Origin: an uncultured Gemmatimonadales bacterium
Lineage (GTDB): Bacteria > Gemmatimonadota > Gemmatimonadetes > Gemmatimonadales > Gemmatimonadaceae
Direction: 5' to 3'
Assembly: GCA_963701965.1 (NCBI GenBank)
Contig: OY969695.1
Span: 3,712,001-3,776,000 of the forward strand
Length of the DNA stretch: 64,000 nt
Shown: piece after piece, positions 57,276-64,000 of the stretch
Position numbering within the stretch: the first letter of the stretch is position 1
How the letters are laid out: every line of letters begins with the position of its first letter
The notes under the pieces: model-generated
Seen by the model: the letters and a program-made list of their open reading frames with translations, nothing else
Told to the model about the DNA's origin: nothing
The model's database searches: none
Made by a program: the position numbers and the translations under genes

Positions 57276-58433
57276 ATGCCATCAACGCGCGTGCCGCGGC
57301 GCGTGCTCCTGGTAGAGCAAAACGTCAATGGAACGGCTGGGGGTTCCTACCAGGCGCTCTTCGATCTGGCGCGCGGGCTGGACCGTGCGCGCTATACGCC
57401 GGTCGTGCTCTTCTACCAGTCCAATCGTTTCGTTCCGCGACTCACGGCGCTCGGCGTGACGGTACTGCTCTGGCCCAAGGAACGCCGGGTGGGCGGGCGG
57501 CTGGTGAACGTGATCGCCGGCATCGTGCGCCGCGCGAAGTTCCTGTGGCGGCACCGGATCGATCTCGTGCACCTGAATGACACGCCGGCGGTCGGCTCCA
57601 ATGATTGGATGCCCGCGGCGTGGCTTCTGAGCCTGCCCTGTCTGACGGCTGCCCGGGGCATCGTGCGGCCAGCCGCGGATCCCATCCACCGGTGGTTGCA
57701 GCGTCGCTTCGATTTCATCCTCGCGGATAGTCGCCACGTCGCCGATGCCGTGATCGCGTCGGTCGCGCCGGCGGACCGCGTGCGCGTCGTCTACGAGGGG
57801 GTGGACGCCGATGCGTTCCGCGGTTCGATCCGTCAGTCGGGCGCGGCGATCCGCGAACGCTATGGCGTGGAGCCGGACGCCATTCTCGTGGTCATGGTCG
57901 GACATCTGCGCCCCTGGAAAGGGCAGCACGTCGTCGTCGACGCGCTGTCCCGCGTGACGACGGCGCGCGATCGGCTGCGGACGCTCTTCGTCGGGGGCAC
58001 GCCGTCGGGCGAGGAGCCTTACGAGGCGACGCTCCGCGCATCCGTGGCGGCGGCCGGTCTCGATCGGGTGGTCACGTTTGTCGGCGAGAGCGAGGATGTG
58101 GCCGACCTCATGAACGCGGCCGACATCGTCGTGCACGCGTCGACGAGGCCGGAACCGTTCGGCATCGTCGTCGTCGAAGGCCTGGCCCTCGGCAAAGCCG
58201 TCGTCGCGTCGGCCCTCGGGGGCCCGCTCGAGATCATCACGCCCGGTACGGGTCTGCTCTTCGACACGAAGCGGCCGGAAGAGCTGGCCGCCATCCTGGA
58301 CCGCCTTGCCTCCGACGCCGGGTTACGCGCCGAGTTGGGCCGCGCCGCGGTGGCGCGCGCGGACGTGTTCTCGGTGCGCGAGCTCGTGAAGGGGACCGAG
58401 GCGGCCTACGACCGCACGCGCGGGGCGCGCTGA
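57276..58433 (+). CDS. Glycosyltransferase family 4 (GT-B)
   Basis: GGSY, GHLRPWKGQ, EPFGIVVVEGLALG. Start ATG 57276. Confidence 0.92.
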   Translation: MPSTRVPRRVLLVEQNVNGTAGGSYQALFDLARGLDRARYTPVVLFYQSNRFVPRLTALGVTVLLWPKERRVGGRLVNVIAGIVRRAKFLWRHRIDLVHLNDTPAVGSNDWMPAAWLLSLPCLTAARGIVRPAADPIHRWLQRRFDFILADSRHVADAVIASVAPADRVRVVYEGVDADAFRGSIRQSGAAIRERYGVEPDAILVVMVGHLRPWKGQHVVVDALSRVTTARDRLRTLFVGGTPSGEEPYEATLRASVAAAGLDRVVTFVGESEDVADLMNAADIVVHASTRPEPFGIVVVEGLALGKAVVASALGGPLEIITPGTGLLFDTKRPEELAAILDRLASDAGLRAELGRAAVARADVFSVRELVKGTEAAYDRTRGAR

Positions 58434-58864
58434 CCGCTCAGCGCTTTTTCGCGGTCCCGGCGTTTTTTCCAGATCATGTAACCGACAGGACCTCCGAGCG
58501 CCACACTCGGCAGGAGCACAAGAATGGTGTCGGTCCAGGCCCAGTGGGTGCGCGCTTGGATGTCCGTAGCCACTATCGCCAGAAACCACGGAATCATTGC
58601 GATGACGGTGATCGGCATGGCCAACCACAGACGTCGGTACAGCGGCCACGCGGCTCCCATGACCACGGCGCCGATCGGATAAGTGACGGCCAGCAGCCAA
58701 AAGTCGCACGTGCCCGATCCGGGCGACTGTCCGCAAGATTGATAGCGACCGCCGAAAACCGCGGCCGCGAGGATCAGCACGTCGAAGACGCCGAAGAACG
58801 TGCCCCAATAGGCGCCCAATGTTATGGCGCGAGACCAGAGCGGCGCATCGGGATCAAATCGCAT
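58406..58864 (-). CDS. Hypothetical membrane protein (about 4 TM)
   Basis: Hydrophobic helices; ATG 58864 lies just after the upstream stop. Confidence 0.6.
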   Translation of the reverse strand: MRFDPDAPLWSRAITLGAYWGTFFGVFDVLILAAAVFGGRYQSCGQSPGSGTCDFWLLAVTYPIGAVVMGAAWPLYRRLWLAMPITVIAMIPWFLAIVATDIQARTHWAWTDTILVLLPSVALGGPVGYMIWKKRRDREKALSGQRAPRVRS

Positions 58865-58874
58865 CGGCCCCGGT

Positions 58875-59255
58875 CTACTGGACCCGGATGATCCCGACGC
58901 GCAATCCACTGCCCGCCGACAACTGTCCTTCGCTCGAGTTCAACAACTGGAGCATTTGCGTGCTGGCCAACGGCCCGCCCTGGAACAGGAAGTACACGGA
59001 TTCGGTGCCGGGGATGCCGTTCAGGATATAGTCAAAGCTGCCGGGAGCGGCCACATACGTCTTGAGCGGCGCCGGGACCGGGAATCCCGATGGGGCGGCG
59101 GCGGACAGGCCCGCGAAAATATTCCGGAAGTCGAAGCTGGGCAGCGTCGCCCGGGCGTCGAGCGGATGGAACGTCGTGGAGTCGGCCAGCGTGTGCCAAC
59201 TCCGAGGACAATACGGGCGCTGCGTGCTGACCAGATCGCGACGGGAGACGCGCAA
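58875..59255 (-). CDS. Hypothetical protein, possibly a C-terminal fragment
   Basis: C-terminal about 100 aa look coding; the N-terminus and TTG start are unconvincing. Confidence 0.4.
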   Translation of the reverse strand: MRVSRRDLVSTQRPYCPRSWHTLADSTTFHPLDARATLPSFDFRNIFAGLSAAAPSGFPVPAPLKTYVAAPGSFDYILNGIPGTESVYFLFQGGPLASTQMLQLLNSSEGQLSAGSGLRVGIIRVQ

Positions 59256-59283
59256 ACATGCTGCGCGGCAACTCTCTAGGGGA

Positions 59284-59652
59284 CTACCGCGAGATGAACG
59301 ACAGTCCGGTCACATGGCCCGTGGGACCATAGGTCACCGTGGTCTCGATGACCTCGCGCGCAAACACCGTCCCCAAGATCACTTTGCGGATCGGCGCCGC
59401 GGACGAGTCGACCCGCACGTCGGCGAAGCGCTTGAACGCGCCGGCCTCGTCAATGACCTGCTTCCAGTACGCCGCCAACTGCGGCGTGGGATGCTTCGCC
59501 CTCAAGTCCGGATCAAAACGGGACTCGGCGCTATCCGGATGCCCTTGCACCAAAACGGTGACCAACGCCTTCGCTCGGGAAACCGGGTCGAACACCGTCG
59601 AATCGCCGGGCTGGGCCCAAGCCAGTAGCCAGGCCAGCGAGAGTGCAAGCAT
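59284..59652 (-). CDS. Exported DUF3887-like domain protein
   Basis: Signal peptide; RFDPDLRAK..QLAAYWKQVIDEAGAF...GHVTGLSF. Confidence 0.6.
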   Translation of the reverse strand: MLALSLAWLLAWAQPGDSTVFDPVSRAKALVTVLVQGHPDSAESRFDPDLRAKHPTPQLAAYWKQVIDEAGAFKRFADVRVDSSAAPIRKVILGTVFAREVIETTVTYGPTGHVTGLSFISR

Positions 59653-59818
59653 GTGATTACTACGCCATTGGCCTGGGTGGGGTTTCGCTCGGCAGCGTTT
59701 CCCAAAATGCAGTCATGCGTTTCCGGCCGGCGTCGTGAGACCAAAGGGGCATAAGATCGTCGTGGCCCGCCGGATGAGTACATCCTAATTTAGGGGGGCT
59801 CGGGCAGGCGGAGGCCGC

Positions 59819-62323
59819 ATGGCGGGATCAACCAGCCAGTTGGTCGACACGCTGCTGAAAGATCGCTATCGCATTCAGCGGGAAGTCGGCCGCGGTGGCA
59901 TGGCCACCGTGTACCTCGCCCAAGATATCCGCGACGATCGACCAGTAGCGGTCAAAGTTCTCCTCCCCGACGTCGGCTTTGCTCTCGGTCCGGAGCGCTT
60001 TCTCCGCGAGATAGAGCTGACGTCGCGCTTCAGCCATCCCAACATCCTCCCGCTCTACGATTCAGGCGAGCTCGACGGCGCGCTGTACTACGTCATGCCG
60101 TTCGTCCCCGGTGAATCGATCGCCGCGAAGCTCGCCCGCGATGGCGCGTTCGGTGTCGATGAAGCGGTGCGCCTGGCCAAAGAAGTGGCCGCCGCACTCG
60201 AGTACGCGCACGACAAAGGCATCATCCATCGCGACATCAAACCCGAGAACATTCTGCTCGACGACGGCCACGCGCTCGTCGTCGATTTCGGCATCGCCCG
60301 CGCGGTAGCGTCAGTCGGAGATCGCAAACTCACGCAGACGGGCGTGACTATCGGCACGCCGTTCTACATGAGTCCGGAGCAGGCGATGGCCGATCCGAAT
60401 CTCGACCGGCGCAGCGACATCTATAGTCTGGGCTGCGTGCTGTACGAGATGCTGGCCGGACAACCGCCGTTCGTCGGCGCGTCGCCGCAAGCCGTCCTCG
60501 CCCGTCACGCGCTCGACCAAGTGCCGTCGCTCACGATCGTGCGCCAGACGGTGTCGCCCGGCCTCGAAGCGGTCATCGTCAAGGCGCTCGCCAAGTCGCC
60601 GGCCGACCGCTTCCAGACCGCGCGCGAATTCGGCGAAGCGCTGGCCCATCCCGAACGACTGGCGTCGTCGTACCGCCCCACGATCGTGGGCGCCGCGCGG
60701 GCCAACCGGCGACGGAAGATCGTGTCCGTGCTCGCCGTGGTGGTGGCCATCGTCGCCCTCGCCGGCTGGCTGGGCTGGAAGCGCTGGAGCGGCGCCCATC
60801 CGACGGGCGTCGCCGACGCGGAAGCGAAGCGCCTGGCGGTCCTCTACTTCGACGACCTCTCGCGCGACCACTCGCTCGGCTACATGACGTCCGGTCTCAC
60901 CAATGCGCTCATCGGTGATCTCTCGGCCGTGCACGGACTCACGGTCATCTCCAAAGGCGGCGCGGCGACGTTCCGCGGCACGACCGCACCGTCCGACAGC
61001 ATCGCGCGCGCGCTCGACGTCGGCACGCTCGTGCGCGGCAGTGTCGAGCCCGATGGCGACAGACTCCGCGTCACCGTGCGGCTCTCCAATGCGATGAGCG
61101 GCGCCGACTTCGAGCGCGCCACATTCGAGCAACCCACCGCGCGGGTGCTCCAGCTGCGCGACACGCTGGCGCAAGAGGTCGCGCGCATGATTCGCCGGCG
61201 CCTAGGCCAGGAGGTCCTCCTCCGCAGCCGCCGCGAAGGCGCCGCGAACGCGACGGCGTGGGCACTCGTCCAGCGCGGCGATCAACAGCTGCAGGCGGGC
61301 GAGCAGCTGATGGGCTCCAACGATACCGCGGCTACGCTACGCGCATTCCATAACGCGGACTCGCTGTTCGCGGCCGGCGCGGCGACCGACGCGCGGTGGG
61401 TCGATCCTGTGATGCTACGGGGCACCGTCGCCTACAAGATCTCGCGCTTCCTCGGTGACGCCCCGCTCCGCGCCGCCGCATATATCGACACCGGTATGGC
61501 CCGCGCCGGAGAGGCGCTCGCGCTCGCGCCGACCAACCCGGATGCCCTGGAGCTCCGGGGCACGCTCCGCTACTGGCGCTGGCTCCTGGGCGTCCAACCC
61601 GACGCCGCGAAAGCCACGGACTCGCTGCACGCCGCGCAGCACGATCTCGAGGCCGCGGTCAAACAAGACACGGCGCAGGCCGGCGCCTGGGCCGTCCTCA
61701 GCCATCTCTACTATCAGACGAATGACGTGCCCGGCGCCAAACTCGCCGCCGCGCGCGCCTACGACGCCGACGCGTACCTGAGCAACGCCGACGTGATTCT
61801 GTGGCGGCTGTTCACGACGTCGTACGATCTGGAGCAGTTCCCGGAAGCGACCCGCTGGTGCGACGTCGCGCAGCGCCGCTTTCCCACGGATCCCCGTTTT
61901 GTGGAATGCCGCCTGTTCGTGCTGGGCACCCCCGCGCTGCCGGCCGATGTCGCCCGGGCCTGGCGACTCGCCGACAGCCTGGTGGCGCTGTCGTCGAAGC
62001 CGGATCAGGCCTACGCGCAGGTCGAAGGCGTGGTGATGGCCAGTGTCGTCGTGGCCCGCGCCGGGCTCGCCGACAGCGCCCGCCGCGTGTTGCATCGCGC
62101 CCAAGCCTCGGTCGCGGTCGACCCCACGCACGACATCGAGATGGAAAAGGCCTATGCGTGGACGGTGCTCCACGACAACGTCAACGCGGTGCGCGCGCTC
62201 AAGGTGTATCTGGCGGCCAATCCGAGTCGGGGCAACGACTTCGACGACGACGACAATTGGCGCTGGCGTTCGTTGCACGACGACCCCGGATTCCAAGCGA
62301 TCATCCACCGGTCGTCTCCTTGA
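59819..62323 (+). CDS. Ser/Thr protein kinase with TM, TolB-like and TPR-like C-terminal domains
   Basis: GRGGMATV, VAVK, HRDIKPEN, DFG, GTPFYMSPE; TM; RLAVLYFDD; TPR-like helices. GGAGG RBS. Confidence 0.93.
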   Translation: MAGSTSQLVDTLLKDRYRIQREVGRGGMATVYLAQDIRDDRPVAVKVLLPDVGFALGPERFLREIELTSRFSHPNILPLYDSGELDGALYYVMPFVPGESIAAKLARDGAFGVDEAVRLAKEVAAALEYAHDKGIIHRDIKPENILLDDGHALVVDFGIARAVASVGDRKLTQTGVTIGTPFYMSPEQAMADPNLDRRSDIYSLGCVLYEMLAGQPPFVGASPQAVLARHALDQVPSLTIVRQTVSPGLEAVIVKALAKSPADRFQTAREFGEALAHPERLASSYRPTIVGAARANRRRKIVSVLAVVVAIVALAGWLGWKRWSGAHPTGVADAEAKRLAVLYFDDLSRDHSLGYMTSGLTNALIGDLSAVHGLTVISKGGAATFRGTTAPSDSIARALDVGTLVRGSVEPDGDRLRVTVRLSNAMSGADFERATFEQPTARVLQLRDTLAQEVARMIRRRLGQEVLLRSRREGAANATAWALVQRGDQQLQAGEQLMGSNDTAATLRAFHNADSLFAAGAATDARWVDPVMLRGTVAYKISRFLGDAPLRAAAYIDTGMARAGEALALAPTNPDALELRGTLRYWRWLLGVQPDAAKATDSLHAAQHDLEAAVKQDTAQAGAWAVLSHLYYQTNDVPGAKLAAARAYDADAYLSNADVILWRLFTTSYDLEQFPEATRWCDVAQRRFPTDPRFVECRLFVLGTPALPADVARAWRLADSLVALSSKPDQAYAQVEGVVMASVVVARAGLADSARRVLHRAQASVAVDPTHDIEMEKAYAWTVLHDNVNAVRALKVYLAANPSRGNDFDDDDNWRWRSLHDDPGFQAIIHRSSP

Positions 62324-62350
62324 CCTTTTTCTCTTTTTTCAGGAGCTCCT

Positions 62351-64000
62351 GTGTTCCACCGCAGCAAGCGGTTCCGACTCCCCGCCGTAGCCGTATTGTG
62401 CGCGATGGTAGCGCAGGCGTGTAGCGATCAACATCCCTCGCCGACGGAAGCGATGCCCGCCGGCGACGCGATCGCCGCGGCCGTAGTCGGGACGACCTGT
62501 CCCACACCGGCCGCGGTCGACAAGCAGATCATCGCCCTCGTGCCCGTTGGGAAGAAGATCATTGCGGCCGTGGACTTCGACTTGATCGTCATCGCATTCA
62601 AGCTGGGGCAAAAGACGCAGGCGCAGAACGCGATGTTCACGCTGTGGTCCAAGGTGCTCAAGGCGTACGCCGCCAACCAACTCACCGGCGGCATGTCGCC
62701 GGCGACCCAAGCCGCCGTGCTGGCGCTCGGCAAGGCGTTCTACTGCAGCGTGGGTCTCGACGGCTCGCAACTCTCGCTGGGCACGAGCCCGTCCGATCCG
62801 AACAACGTCGTCGCCGTCGTCTTCCCGTCCACCACGACGCAGACCGTCGTGACCGGGAGCGGCGCGTCGGGCGTGCTGATTCCGCCGACCGCGCTCAAGG
62901 CACCGGTCACGGTGACCATCACGCTCATTCCCGGGACGTTCCCGGAGTTCACCGGGCCGCTCAACACGCGGCTCGACCAATTCGGTCCATTTTTCCAGTA
63001 CACGGTGGTGCCGGAGGGGAGCGTCGTCGATTCGGTGACGGTCGCCACGTGCATCTCCGACCCGAACCTGCCGGTCGCGCGCGCCCACATGGCGCACAAT
63101 GTCGGGCACCGGACTGGAGATCTTGCACATCGCGCCGAGCTTCCTGGCGTGCTCGGGGACCGCATCGGCCGAGCGGAGTCCGTTGCAGCTGGCGCAGGCG
63201 CACGACTATCGCGGCGCGCTCGCGGCGCTCGGATCCCGGTTCAGCGATCTGCTTGTGACGAACGCCTACGCGTTCGGCGGTTCGACCGGGATCGGCGGGA
63301 AGATCAGGTCCTTCAGCCCGTTTGGTGTGGTCGACACGCTGGTCACCGCGCAAGCGAATTCGGCGACCCAGCAACAGGGGCCGACCGGCGCACCCGCGGC
63401 GTCGCCACCGGCCGTGTTGGTACAGACGTTGGGTGGACACACGCCCCTCCCCGGCGCGAACGTGACGTTCAACGTTCTCCAGGGCGCCGGTGTGCTCACG
63501 GCGGTCGGCAACCCGGCGCTCGTGGCGCAGGTCTCGGCGACAACGGACACGAGCGGCGTTGCCCGGGTCGGGAGCTGGAGCATCGGCGTTGGACAGAATA
63601 TCGTCAACGCGATCGCCAGCTTTGCGCCACCGGCCAGCGGCGTCGGTGTTTCGGTGACCGGCAACCCGGTCGCGGACACGGCGACCGGTGGCAATGTCCT
63701 GTCGTATCTCGGTGGGAACTACCGGTTCCTGCTGGCGTCGACGGGTGACACCGCCGGCTTCTTCCAACCCGGCTTCAATGACGCCGCTTGGGGGCTGGGC
63801 AACGCGGCCTTCGGCAGTGGTTCCGTGCCGGGGACGACATGCCCGCTCGACAACACCGTCGCCACACATTGGGACAACAGCATCCAGCCGAGCGTAATGT
63901 TGTTGCGCCGCGCATTCCCGTGGCCGGGCAAGGGGACGGGCACGACCACCCTCACGCTCGGCGTGGCGATCGACAACGACATTCAGGTCTACGTGAACGG
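62351..64000 (+). CDS. Large lipoprotein (ZU5-like segment, Big_1-like Ig domain) with a +1 frameshift near 63105; runs off the window
   Basis: AGGAG RBS, GTG start, lipobox-like AQAC. After AHNVG the coding pattern continues in the +1 frame (GTGLEILH...SFSPFGVV...GANVTF...TDTSGVA...) to 64000. Confidence 0.75.

Noticed and set aside
59772..59800. Short palindromes GGATG-AGTA-CATCC and CCTAA-T-TTAGG upstream of the second kinase
   Set aside because: 5-bp arms are too short to support a call without comparative data.

Overview
GC-rich bacterial chromosomal window, probably Gemmatimonadota (inference from gene content: Hanks-type Ser/Thr kinases with TolB-like/TPR or PEGA tails, Ig-repeat lipoproteins, DUF5916, HEAT-repeat protein). 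Core genes: a caa3-type cytochrome c oxidase operon (ctaC-D-E-subunit IV-ctaG plus a coupled lipoprotein), leuS, nth, a cyclophilin, several peptidases (M42, M61, M24), an OPT transporter, a FadL + SGNH hydrolase pair, TetR-TolC-HlyD and an ECF sigma/anti-sigma locus. About 46.3-59.7 kb is an accessory stretch of small stress/detox genes and several gene remnants. I saw no rRNA, tRNA, CRISPR array, transposase or integrase. Top candidate for an undescribed system: an unannotated 40-aa exported peptide (lipobox LAAC, C-terminal CGGGVTGGSNNC) with its own RBS, candidate promoter and 3' hairpin, convergent on a cytoplasmic TPR protein, an arrangement reminiscent of peptide-receptor signalling cassettes. 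Also notable: an Ig/beta-helix protein-kinase-TPR-barrel operon preceded by ECF-type promoter motifs, a kinase paired with a frameshifted ZU5-like lipoprotein, a nicotinate phosphoribosyltransferase-like protein with degenerate active-site motifs, and repeated leaderless-type promoter geometry. Family assignments come from recognising motifs by eye; no database searches were run.
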